In this document: piece by piece, positions 9,965-19,609 of the stretch
How positions within the stretch are numbered: the first letter of the stretch is position 1
Layout: every line of letters starts with the position of its first letter
From: an uncultured Planctomycetaceae bacterium
GTDB lineage: Bacteria; Planctomycetota; Planctomycetia; Planctomycetales; Planctomycetaceae
Direction: 5' to 3'
Assembly (NCBI GenBank): GCA_963813715.1
Contig: CAWFAK010000017.1
Location: 110,230 to 174,229 of the forward strand
Length of the DNA: 64,000 nt
Program-made: the position numbers and the translations under genes
Notes under the pieces: generated by a model
Database searches by the model: none
Told to the model about the DNA's origin: nothing
Seen by the model: only the letters and a program-made list of their open reading frames with translations

Positions 9965-10657
9965 TCACACGGTGCGCGTGGGCTCGTGCTCACCGCCGAT
10001 GGCTGGAGCCGGCACCGGGGCCGCTGTTACGTGATGCGCATGATGCCCATGCTCGCCGGCAACCGGCAAGTGCCAGCCGCGGCGGACAGCGATCAAGCGC
10101 AGGCTGAAGCACAAGGTCGCTCCGAGAAAGGCCGCGATCGCCGACGGAATTTGGATCTGGTTTCCCAGCACGACAATCGTCGCTCCGCCTCGCGCGGCTA
10201 CCGCGTACAGCTCGGCCCGCAACACGACGGGAACTTCCGCCAGCAAGATGTCCCGGGCCATGCCGCCGCCGATGCCCGTCAGCATTCCCAAGACGGCCGC
10301 CGGCGCGGGATGCAGTCCAAAGGTCAGCGCTTTCTCCGCCCCCGCCACGGCGAACAGCGCAAGCCCGGCCGCATCGAAGATCAGCACCGGATGCTTCAAT
10401 CGCTCCACAAATCCGTCGGCGAAAAAGACCACGATGCCAGCCAGCAGAGATACGACTCCGTACCGCCAATCCCGCACGGCGACCGGCGGCACGTCGCCGA
10501 TCATCAAATCTCGCGCGATGCCCCCCGCGGTCGCCGCCGCGAACGACAACACCAGCACCCCGAATAAATCGAGCTTACGCCGCACCCCGGCGGCGGCGCC
10601 GCTGATGGCAAACACAAACGTCCCGCAGAAATCGAGCACGGACAAGAGCGTGATCAT
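9965..10657 (-). CDS. TRIC / UPF0126 family membrane protein (YadS/YicG-like) with His-rich C-terminal tail
   Basis: MITLLSVLDFCGTFVFAISGAAAG and a second GLALFAVAGAEKA half (duplicated UPF0126 domains). Tail is GEHGHHAHHV. Confidence 0.8.
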   Translation of the reverse strand: MITLLSVLDFCGTFVFAISGAAAGVRRKLDLFGVLVLSFAAATAGGIARDLMIGDVPPVAVRDWRYGVVSLLAGIVVFFADGFVERLKHPVLIFDAAGLALFAVAGAEKALTFGLHPAPAAVLGMLTGIGGGMARDILLAEVPVVLRAELYAVAARGGATIVVLGNQIQIPSAIAAFLGATLCFSLRLIAVRRGWHLPVAGEHGHHAHHVTAAPVPAPAIGGEHEPTRTV

Positions 10658-10750
10658 GGACGGCTCCGAGGCGCGAGTCACTCGACCGAGCGCGCTGCTC
10701 GGCACGGACGGCATCTGCCGTAGAGGATAAAACTCGGTCCGCGCGGCCGT

Positions 10751-12020
10751 CTACTTGGCACTTTTCAACTTGAGAATCAGGCGGGTGCCTCGGCCGGCTA
10801 TTGAATCGAACTGCAGAGTGCCGCCCATCAACTCGGCACGGTGCCGCATGATCCGCAGGCCCATCCCCGAGTTCCCGGCGGGATCTTTGGGCAGGCCGCG
10901 CCCGTTGTCTTCGACTGTGAGACGAAGGCCGTTGGTCTCTTCGAGCTTGATGAGGAGCTGGGTGGCGTTCGCGTGTCGGGCTGCATTGATTGTGGCTTCG
11001 CGGGCGATGAGGAACAGTTGGGTGGCCGTAAAGTTGCTTTCGATCGGTGGGGCGCTCTCGCATTCGCAGCGGCAAGAAATGCGGTAGATCGACGAGGTCT
11101 CTTTGGCAAGCTCCTCGAGAGCGATCCGCAGACCCTGCGAATCGACGTCGACCGGGAAGAGTCCCTTGGAGAGCGCGCGGATTTGCCTCTTGGCTTCCTC
11201 AATACTCGTCTCGAGCTTTTCGGACACTTCGGCGGACGTCCGCTCATTCTCCTGGTGATCCTTCAACGTCGCGGCCAGCACGCCGATCGCGGTCAGTTGC
11301 TGACCCAGCGTGTCGTGCAGCGCCCGGCCGAGCCGTTGGCGTTCTTGCTCGGTGAGGTCGGCCATTTCGTACGCCAGCTGTTCCAACTGAGTCGTCCGTT
11401 GGGCGACGTCTTTTTCCAGCTGTACGCCGTAGTCCGTCAGGGCTTGTTCGCGCTCCCGACGATCGGTCACGTCCGTGATGATGATCACGACTCCGCCAAT
11501 GTGACTATCGTCTGTGCGGTACGGAACGATTCGCTGCAAGTAGCTGCGGCCGGCGGTGTCTTGAATCTCCTTGGCGCGGGGCGTCAGGTCACGCAACACC
11601 CGCTGGGCATCCGGCAATAAGTCGTCGTCCGTGAAGTTTCTGGCAAGATCGCCGAGCGGTCGACCGATGTCGGATTGGATCACGCGGAAGAGTTTCGCGG
11701 TGGCATCCGTGAACCGCTTGATGCGCAGATCCGGGTCGAGCAGGATCGTGGCCACCTCGGTGATCGACAGTAGGTTGTCCAAGTCGCTATTAGTCGATTC
11801 CAGCTCGGCGACCTTTTGCGCGAGTTGGTGGTTGACGGTCTGCATCTCTTCGTTGAGTGACTGCAGGTCCTCATTGACCGAAGTGACCTCTTCCGCGATT
11901 CGCTGCGGCCAACCCGCGCGGGCCGTTCGACCGGCGCGGGGACGACCGTGGCCGGCGCTTCGCGGGCTTCGTTCGCCGGACGGACTTCTTGCCGCCCGGT
12001 GGCTTTTTTTTCTTCGCCAT
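10751..12020 (-). CDS. PAS sensor histidine kinase (HisKA_3 + HATPase_c); start separated from body by a frameshift
   Basis: Coiled coil EDLQSLNEEMQTVNHQLAQK, then a PAS domain, H-box HDTLGQQLTAI and ATPase motifs (DNGRGLP, GMGLRIMRHRAELMGG). The only ATG plus basic N-terminus (MAKKKK, 12018-12020) is in another frame, across an A8 run at 12004-12011. Confidence 0.8.
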
Positions 12021-12403
12021 GCTGCTGCCGCTCGCGGCACAGAGAGACGATTCGCCGAGCACGCGGCGAACGGTCTGGTCCGCAGCCGGATCTTATCCCC
12101 GCCGAGCCGGGGGTTCAAAGAGACGCCACGCCGCCGGTCGCGACTCCGCCGGACAAGCCTTAGCCGTGCCGCCCGACCTGCGTCATTTCTCGTACGGCGG
12201 GGGGCTTTGGCGACGGCGCGGCTCCCCGCGGCCGACGGTCCCTCTCTCCCGGGGGTAGCTGCGGCCTTGCTGTTGACCAAATGAGCAAATTTGGCGAAAC
12301 AGGCGACCGTTTCGAGCCTCCTTTGGCGTTTGCGAAACCGTTCGTCTGTCCGCTCCGTCGGGCTCCGCACCTGCGATCGCCCGAGGCCAATCCCGAGATC
12401 GCG

Positions 12404-13277
12404 ATGAAGAACGAAGCCCTCAAAAGCCAGTCGCCTGTCCCTTCCGTCCCGACGGCCGATGCGGCGGCATCCGCCGGCGATCTGCGGCCTTCGCTGCGGC
12501 TGGCCGGCACGCCCCAGCTTTCGCAGGAAGAATACGAACGCGTGCTGCAGCAGGTGGCCTCCGAGCTGTTTCTCAATGACGAGCAATATCGCAAGTCCGT
12601 CGTGCTCCGCGAGGTCCGCAAGGTTGTGCTCGGCTGGGGGACGGCGATCGGCATCGGCAGCCTGATCGCCGTGATGACGCTCTATATCAACGCGCGTGAC
12701 GCGCTCAAGCAGACCACGACGACGGAATTGTCGAAGGCGGTCAAGGACCACGTGGCGTCGCGGAGCGAGTTGCTCAACGACTCGATCAAGTCGCTTACCA
12801 CAACGGCGATCGGACAGATCGTGCACGTGCAGAAGGAATTGGAAGGCGCCGAGAGCGCCCTCGACCGGTCCGAGCAGCAGCTGGCTCTCGCCAATCAGCA
12901 GAGCGCCGATTTGCAGCGACGCATCGCCAGCATCTCGGAGACGCTCAAGCTGGTCCAACAGAACGCGGCCTGGTTGGGAGACATTCAAAACGCCCAGCGC
13001 GTTGCCAGCTTCATCCGCACGCTGTCGCAGGAGCGGAATGCCAAGGCGGTCGGCGATCTGCTGGTGCGGATCGATCGCGTCGAAGCCCTGCAGATTGAAA
13101 GTGAAATCGTCCGGACAGCCGCAAGCAACGAGGCGCAGCGCCGCCGCGATTGCCGCCGACATGACTCGCCTCATCTTGAACGCGCCGAAAGAGCAGCAGG
13201 GGAAAGTCGACCCGGTCAAGAGCCATGCCTTCGATAAGTGGGACGCCTACATCAAGACGGCCGATCCGCCGAAGTGA
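12404..13277 (+). CDS. hypothetical coiled-coil membrane protein (frameshift at about 13140 as assembled)
   Basis: One TM helix (VVLGWGTAIGIGSLIAVMTLYI) followed by a long heptad-like region. A plausible C-terminus (ADMTRLILNAPKEQQGKVDPVKSHAFDKWDAYIKTADPPK) continues in the next frame. Confidence 0.45.
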
Positions 13278-13467
13278 CCGGCGGACGCGAGGGGCGGTGG
13301 TCCGAATCGCCCGGCGACTGCTAAAGTTGGGTAATCGGGCCGCGAAATCGCGCGGTCCGAGCCGTGGAGGCATCCCAGCATGACATCACCCAGCATGGCA
13401 GCGACTGCTCGTCTTTCTTCGGTCAGTCCTGCGCGTACGGGCGGCCGCGTTCTGCGCGAAATATGGG

Positions 13468-14490
13468 ATGCGCATGCCGATCCTGATGGCGCCGATGGCC
13501 GGCGCCTGCCCGGCGACTCTCGCTGCCGCGGTGGCCAACGCGGGCGGGATGGGAGCGATGGGAGCCCTCGTCAGCCCACCGGCCGCCATTCGCACGTGGG
13601 TTGAGCAATTTCGCTCGGCAGGTGGCGAGGCGTGCCAACTCAACACGTGGATTCCCGACCCTCCGCCGCGCCGTGATGCCGAGGCCGAAGCCCGCGTCCG
13701 CGAGTTCCTCGCCTCGTGGGGACCGCCTGTCGCCGCCAACGCGGGGGACGTCGCCCCGCCCGACATGAACGCGCAGGTCGAAGTCTTCCTTGAACTGAAG
13801 CCGACGATCGTCTCCTCGATCATGGGGCTTTACCCGCCCGAGTATGTCTCGCGACTCAAGCAAAACGGCATCGCCTGGTTCGCCACGGCGACGACACTCG
13901 ACGAAGCCCGCCAGGCCGAAGCCGCGGGGGCTGATGCCATCATCGCTCAAGGGGCAGAGGCTGGCGGCCACCGCGGATCGTTTGACCAGGCGGCAGCCGA
14001 GCGACAACTCGTCGGGCTTTTTGCGTTGCTTCCGCGACTGGCCGATCACGTCGGCATTCCGATCATCGCGGCCGGCGGGATCGGCGACGGTCGCGGCGTG
14101 GCGGCGGCGCTCGTGCTTGGCGCGAGTGCGGCAATGGTCGGCACTGCCCTGCTCCGCTGCCCGGAAGCCAAAACGCATCCGGCTTGGGCCGCCGCGCTCG
14201 ATCAGCTCGAGCCGGAAGGCACGACGCTGACCCGCGCGTTCACCGGACGTCTGGGCCGCGCGATCGCCACCAACTACGTCAAAGCGGCCGCCGCGCCGGG
14301 CGCTCCACCGCCCTCGCCCTACCCAGTGCAACGCGGATTGACGGGCGCGATGAAGGAAGCGGGCGCCGCCGCCAACGACGTGCACCGCATGCAGGCCTGG
14401 GCCGGCCAATCCGCGGCGCTGGCCAAACCAATCCCCGCCGGCGACCTCGTGCGACAAATCTGGGACGAAGCTCAAGCGCTCTTGGCGTGA
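13468..14490 (+). CDS. nitronate monooxygenase (NMO / 2-nitropropane dioxygenase family)
   Basis: [25 protein letters not shown] and [14 protein letters not shown] motifs. The true start may lie upstream (frame open from 13384). Confidence 0.85.
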   Translation: MRMPILMAPMAGACPATLAAAVANAGGMGAMGALVSPPAAIRTWVEQFRSAGGEACQLNTWIPDPPPRRDAEAEARVREFLASWGPPVAANAGDVAPPDMNAQVEVFLELKPTIVSSIMGLYPPEYVSRLKQNGIAWFATATTLDEARQAEAAGADAIIAQGAEAGGHRGSFDQAAAERQLVGLFALLPRLADHVGIPIIAAGGIGDGRGVAAALVLGASAAMVGTALLRCPEAKTHPAWAAALDQLEPEGTTLTRAFTGRLGRAIATNYVKAAAAPGAPPPSPYPVQRGLTGAMKEAGAAANDVHRMQAWAGQSAALAKPIPAGDLVRQIWDEAQALLA

Positions 14491-14509
14491 GCGCGATTGC
14501 TACGGCCGC

Positions 14510-15898
14510 TCACGGTTTCGGAAGCTGCTTCAGGTGATAGGACTTCACGCGCGTCAGCGTCGAATAGCCCAGGGCCGAGAGGGTGATGCCGCGGCCCGTT
14601 TCTTTGACGCCCGTCCACGCCAGTGCCGGATCGAGATAGTCGCAACGGTTCATGAAAACGGTGCCCGTCTCGATCTGTTCGCCGATGCGTTCGGCAGCGT
14701 CGACGTCCTGTGTCCAAATCGAGGCGGTCAGACCGTAGGGGCTGTCGTTCATCAGGCGGATGGCCTCTTCGTCTGAGTCAACGGGCATCACGCCGACCAC
14801 CGGGCCGAACGTCTCGTCGCGCATCACGGCCATCTCGTGGTTCACATTTACTAGAACCTTCGGTGCGAGATACGGGGAACCGGGCTTATCAGGGGGAAAC
14901 GTATTGGGCGGCACGAGACGCCGGGCCCCCTGTGCGACGGCCTCGTCAATTTGCTTTCGCACAAAGTCGGCGGCCGTCCCGCGAACCATCGGGCCGAGCG
15001 TGGTTTCCGGATCGAGCGGATTGCCGAGCACGTATTTCGACGCGAATTCGACGATGCCGGCGACCACGCGATCGAAGTGCCGTTTGTGCACGTAGACTCG
15101 TTCGACCGCGCAGCACGACTGCCCCGAGTTGAAAAACGCCCCGTCGGCGATGTTCTCGATCGCGTAGGGCAAGTCGGCGTCGGCCCGCACGTACGCCGGG
15201 TCCTTTCCGCCCAATTCGAGACCTGTGCCGATGAACGTGCCGGCGGCCGCCGTTTCGATCTGGCGGCCGCCCGCGACCGAGCCGGTGAAATTCACCTGGT
15301 GCACGCGGCCCGAGCGGATGATCTGCCCCGTTTGCTCATGATCGAGCACCAGGTTACGAAACAGCCCCGGCGGCAACTCGGCCCGATCGAAGGCGACCTG
15401 AAACCGCTCGCCCACGAGCAACGTCTGCGCCGCGTGTTTCAGCAGCACGGCATTCCCCGCCATTAGCGCCGGCACGACAGAATTGACCGCCGACAAATAT
15501 GGATAATTCCAAGGCGCGATCACGAACACAGTGCCGAGCGGCTCGCGTCGCACAAAGCGGCGAAAACCGTCGACGGGCACGGGACAATGATCGGCCAGCG
15601 CGCTCGGCGCGATCTCGATCATGTGCCGGGCCCGCTCCGCCGTCCGCAACACTTCGTTGCGACCATACCGCACGGGTCGACCCATCTGCCGCGCCAGCTC
15701 CGCGGCGATTTCGTCGGCCATTGCCACGAGCGCATCGACGGCCCGCAGACAGAACCGCGCCCGCTCGGCGACGGGGGTGGCGCTCCACTGCCGCTGCGCC
15801 GTTTGCGCGACCTTGAGTGCAGCATCAACCTCGGACTGCGTGGCCAAGGACCGTTCGGCGACAACCGAGCCATCGATCGGCGAGATGATTTTGACCAT
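14510..15898 (-). CDS. NAD(P)+-dependent aldehyde dehydrogenase
   Basis: 462 aa. ELGGKDP and FFNSGQSCCAVERVYV (catalytic Glu and Cys motifs) and an FTGS Rossmann segment. Confidence 0.9.
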   Translation of the reverse strand: MVKIISPIDGSVVAERSLATQSEVDAALKVAQTAQRQWSATPVAERARFCLRAVDALVAMADEIAAELARQMGRPVRYGRNEVLRTAERARHMIEIAPSALADHCPVPVDGFRRFVRREPLGTVFVIAPWNYPYLSAVNSVVPALMAGNAVLLKHAAQTLLVGERFQVAFDRAELPPGLFRNLVLDHEQTGQIIRSGRVHQVNFTGSVAGGRQIETAAAGTFIGTGLELGGKDPAYVRADADLPYAIENIADGAFFNSGQSCCAVERVYVHKRHFDRVVAGIVEFASKYVLGNPLDPETTLGPMVRGTAADFVRKQIDEAVAQGARRLVPPNTFPPDKPGSPYLAPKVLVNVNHEMAVMRDETFGPVVGVMPVDSDEEAIRLMNDSPYGLTASIWTQDVDAAERIGEQIETGTVFMNRCDYLDPALAWTGVKETGRGITLSALGYSTLTRVKSYHLKQLPKP

Positions 15899-16032
15899 AA
15901 TTCCTGTGTGAATTCCGTAAGCGATCCGGGTGACTCGCGAAGATTATAGCGAATGGCAAAGTCGATCGAGCCCGTCCGGTCGAACCGCGGACTCTACGAA
16001 CGGTCGCGGCTGGAAGAGACGAAAGCCGTGAG

Positions 16033-17076
16033 CTAAGAGTGCGCTTTCACGGGAACCGCCGGTGGAGCGAATGTTTTCAGCGTAATCATGCCCAGGTCGA
16101 CCGGCCGCCGCTCGAGTTTTTCGCTGATCGGCGGCACCTCAAATGCGTAACCCATAACGAATAGCTTGCCGCCAATAAGAGGTACGCTTAGGTAGTATTT
16201 ACCGGCCGGCACATCGTCGATGGAGAATTCTCCCCGATCGTCAACGGTGGCCAGAAAACTCAGCTCCCCCAATCCGCCTCTTCGATCGCGGTGAATATCA
16301 ATGTTAGCGTCACCCCACCGCGGCTCGGGCCCGCCTTCGGGCGCCTTCAGTCGTCCGATGACCGTGCGCCCTGCGTTGCCGAAGTCGATGCGGGTGGTCT
16401 TTCCCGCAAAAAAGTGGGCAGTCATCCGGCAGGTGGACGTCATTTCGCGGGGCTCGCTCGGTTTGCGATTGCGAATACTCCTAATGTAGCTCAGGCCGGG
16501 TAACACGTGCTCGAAGGCGTAGCGGCCGTGGGCGTCGGTTTTTTGTTGATTCGATGTTGTCAGGTGGGCGACACCTTCGCCGATCCACAGGTTGGTGTGC
16601 CCTTCGATTCCCAGTTGCAGATTTGCACACGGTTGACGCGCGACCATGTACGTCCCTTCGGCTCTCGCCCACGGCGACAGTGAGATCGTTTTCGGAGGAG
16701 ACGTTCGCGTGCCCTTCACTTGGGCCCAGCCCGAAGGATGCACGGCGACCAACCAAAACTCGTCCGCGTCGGTCGTGAAATGCCAGTGACCGCTCTGGTC
16801 GGGCTTTGTCGGCAGCGGCAGGGGTGACTGGACGAGTTCGCCGTTAAAGACCGCGGCCGATTCACCGAGTTCGAGCAGAACGACCTTGGCATCGGTCACT
16901 GCCTTCCCGTCGCTGCCGACAACGGCAACCGTAACGTCCAACGATTTTCCGGACCCGGAAAAGACTCCGGTCGCATGCAATGCCTCAAAGCATAAGAGCA
17001 CTCCGGCGACGACGATCACGATGCGGAATTTTGTCCTGCCCAACGATCGCCGAATTGAAATGTCCCGGTCGCTCAT
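16033..17076 (-). CDS. array paralog 8 (short form, 347 aa): signal-anchored carboxypeptidase-regulatory-like repeat protein
   Basis: N-terminal anchor FRIVIVVAGVLLCF. Aligns by eye with the C-terminal third of the long paralogs (SPWARAEGTYMVARQP, DAHGRYAFEHVLPG, GEFSIDDVPAGKYYLSV). Ends with the shared motif EKLERRPVDLGMITLK. Confidence 0.7.
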   Translation of the reverse strand: MSDRDISIRRSLGRTKFRIVIVVAGVLLCFEALHATGVFSGSGKSLDVTVAVVGSDGKAVTDAKVVLLELGESAAVFNGELVQSPLPLPTKPDQSGHWHFTTDADEFWLVAVHPSGWAQVKGTRTSPPKTISLSPWARAEGTYMVARQPCANLQLGIEGHTNLWIGEGVAHLTTSNQQKTDAHGRYAFEHVLPGLSYIRSIRNRKPSEPREMTSTCRMTAHFFAGKTTRIDFGNAGRTVIGRLKAPEGGPEPRWGDANIDIHRDRRGGLGELSFLATVDDRGEFSIDDVPAGKYYLSVPLIGGKLFVMGYAFEVPPISEKLERRPVDLGMITLKTFAPPAVPVKAHS

Positions 17077-17085
17077 GCGTCTCTT

Positions 17086-19545
17086 CTAACGCCGCACTTT
17101 CGCAGGCCCGGCGAACGGTTCGGGTGCCTTCAGCGTGAGCACCCCGAGGTCGACCGGGCGCTGCGACAGCTTTGCGTTGACCCGCGGCACGGTGAAATGG
17201 TGTGACTGCAGCAGCAGGGGCGGCGGGCCGGGAACAAAGGCGTGCAGGAGGTAGTCGCCGGGTGGGATCTCATCGAGTGAGAAGTTGCCGTCGCTGTCGG
17301 GCTTGGCGGAAAATGTCGGGACGCTTTCGATATCAAACCAATCAATATCCGGCATGACCATAATCGAGGCCGAGCTCATCGAAACGTCGGATTTCGATTC
17401 GGGCGGCCGCCGTAACTGACCGATTACCGGCCGCCCCGCGCCGCCGACGTCGACGTGCATGATCTGGCCGGCGGGACAGTCGACCGGCACGGTGGCCGTG
17501 AAGGTGGTTTCGGACTTGCCCTTGCCGGTGACGCGTTTGACGATGATCCAATGCAGTCCGGAAATGGCACGATCGAACGCGAATCGGCCGCTTGAATCCG
17601 TCGTCTGTGTATCTTGATCGCGGGGAGGAGCATTGCGCGGCGGCGCGTTCGAGGCGGACGAGGGGCTGGTGAGCAAAACTTCGACGTCGGACTGCGGTCG
17701 CCGGGCGACTTGGACCGTCCCTTCGACCCGCGCCCACGGCGTCAACTTGAGTTGCCGGGGATTGCCGCTCGGGAGCCCGCTTTGGTCGAGGTATCCCGAA
17801 GGATGCGTGATCACCAGCCGAAAGTTGTTGTTCTTCGCGGCAATCTGCACCCGGCCGGTTTGATCCGCGTCATGAACGTCGCGCTGGTTTTCCAACTCGC
17901 CCCGGTTGAGAGAGACGACTTCGTTCGGGCCCAAAACCGTCACTTTTGCTCCCGCGGCAGGCCGGCCGGCGGGCGTGAGCACGGTCGCCGCGAAGTCTTT
18001 GGCTTTGAGCAACTCGAAATCGATCGTGGTGTTCCCCGCGTCCGATTTAATCTCGCGCGAGACGCTGTGCCAATATCCGTCGGCATCGATTCGCACTAGG
18101 TATGCGAGCTGCAGGTAGGTCTGACGAATCTGATAGGTGCCATCCGCGGCGGCCGGCTTGGTCTCGTTCGTAACGACTTGCCGCCCACTCGTGCGATATC
18201 CGCTCGTGAAGCGAAAGTTGTGGATCGGCTGTTTGGTATCGGCGTCGACGACTCGTCCCGTGATCACCAGCTCCGAGGGAACGCGAAACACATACTCGGC
18301 CTGCCGGGCTGTAACCCTCTGCCAGCCGAGCGTCATCCCGTTGGAGCGATGAATGCTGAGCAGCATTCTTTCCCCGGGCAGGTCGTGCCATTCCCAGGCT
18401 CCGTCCAAGTCCGTCTTCAGGGGGGCCTGATCGACTTCAAAGGCATCGAAGCCGAACTCGCCCCAAAGTGAGACTTGCGCTTTCGGCACAGGGCGCCCGG
18501 CCTCGTCGAGCACGCGCAGGCGGAGCGTCTTGCCCGGTTTGAGCTGAAAGTCAACCGACGCCTCGAGCGTGCCGAGCTCGATCTCTCGGAGCTGTGCGGC
18601 GCACCCCTTGGCCGCGGCCACGAGCTTGAGTTGCGGTGTGCAGCCTTCGAGCCGGTAGCTGCCGTTTTTGTCCGAGAAGGCGGTCCGCGTATCTTCGCCA
18701 ACCCGCGCGCGGACGAGCGCTTTGGCGATCGGCTTGCCAGCCTCGTCGGTGACCTTGCCCATCACCGTGACCCCTCCTTCGAGTACGATTTTTCCAGTCG
18801 GTTCGTGTCCCGGCTCGATCGCAAATTTCTCGCGACTCAAACTCGCCTTGTGCGCCGGGTATTTGGGCTCGCTGACCTCCGCGCTGACGAGCTGCATCGA
18901 CTCCGGGACGCTCTCGAACTTCCAGACGCCTTTGCTGTTGGTCCACAGACGATCGGAATAGCCCAGCTGGCCCGTCCCCTCGAAACGAATCTGCAGCACG
19001 ACCCGCGCGTTCGGCACGGGCTGGCCTTTGCCGTCGACCACGATGCCACCGATCGTCCAGGCCTTCTGCAGCTTGATCGTCAGCGGCTTGTCATAGCGAA
19101 AGATGTAAGTCGAGGAGTAGAAGGCGTAGCCGGGTTTGTGGACGCGGAAGTTGAGTGACTCCAAGTGCGACGGCTGCTCGACAATGATGCGTCCGTCCGC
19201 GTCGGACTGCAGGTTGACTCCGTAGCGCGGCTTATTGAGCAACCTCCCTGCGCGGAGTCGAACTTTTTCCAACGGCGGCTGCGTCGCCAAATTGACCTTC
19301 GCCCCCGCAATCGGCTGACCTTCCGGCCCGACGATCTGCAGCTCGAACACGGGGGGCGCGGACGCGGTCGTGTTGGCAGCCTTGTCAGTTGCCGCCGCGG
19401 ATTTTGTCTGGCCGTCGTCGGCTGGCACCTGCGCCAGCAGCAGGGCGATGAGAATCGCCGCGCAAATCAAGGATGACACCGGCCGAGAAGCCGGTCGCCT
19501 CGACTTCTTCGACTCTCGCCGGAGCTCGGTCTGCTCGTAGTCCAT
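17086..19545 (-). CDS. array paralog 7 (long form, 819 aa, intact; subfamily C)
   Basis: Anchor LICAAILIALLLAQVPADDGQ and repeated G-x-V-x-D-x-x-G-x-P units (GIVVDGKGQPVPNARV, GKVTDEAGKPIAKALV, GRVVDADTKQPI). C-terminus AKLSQRPVDLGVLTLK. SD-like GGGAG lies 5 nt before the ATG. Confidence 0.75.
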   Translation of the reverse strand: MDYEQTELRRESKKSRRPASRPVSSLICAAILIALLLAQVPADDGQTKSAAATDKAANTTASAPPVFELQIVGPEGQPIAGAKVNLATQPPLEKVRLRAGRLLNKPRYGVNLQSDADGRIIVEQPSHLESLNFRVHKPGYAFYSSTYIFRYDKPLTIKLQKAWTIGGIVVDGKGQPVPNARVVLQIRFEGTGQLGYSDRLWTNSKGVWKFESVPESMQLVSAEVSEPKYPAHKASLSREKFAIEPGHEPTGKIVLEGGVTVMGKVTDEAGKPIAKALVRARVGEDTRTAFSDKNGSYRLEGCTPQLKLVAAAKGCAAQLREIELGTLEASVDFQLKPGKTLRLRVLDEAGRPVPKAQVSLWGEFGFDAFEVDQAPLKTDLDGAWEWHDLPGERMLLSIHRSNGMTLGWQRVTARQAEYVFRVPSELVITGRVVDADTKQPIHNFRFTSGYRTSGRQVVTNETKPAAADGTYQIRQTYLQLAYLVRIDADGYWHSVSREIKSDAGNTTIDFELLKAKDFAATVLTPAGRPAAGAKVTVLGPNEVVSLNRGELENQRDVHDADQTGRVQIAAKNNNFRLVITHPSGYLDQSGLPSGNPRQLKLTPWARVEGTVQVARRPQSDVEVLLTSPSSASNAPPRNAPPRDQDTQTTDSSGRFAFDRAISGLHWIIVKRVTGKGKSETTFTATVPVDCPAGQIMHVDVGGAGRPVIGQLRRPPESKSDVSMSSASIMVMPDIDWFDIESVPTFSAKPDSDGNFSLDEIPPGDYLLHAFVPGPPPLLLQSHHFTVPRVNAKLSQRPVDLGVLTLKAPEPFAGPAKVRR

Positions 19546-19609
19546 AGCAGCTCCCTTTACGGAGCATTCACTCGGGACTCAGTCTCAGGAGTCCTGAGTC
19601 CTGGGTTCA

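Noticed and set aside
12063-13219. Upstream 390 codons of the 822-aa minus-strand ORF, which would make a giant CheR-like/PAS kinase.
   Set aside because: There is no methyltransferase or other domain signature. The composition is antisense-like. The plus strand here encodes a more credible coiled-coil membrane protein.
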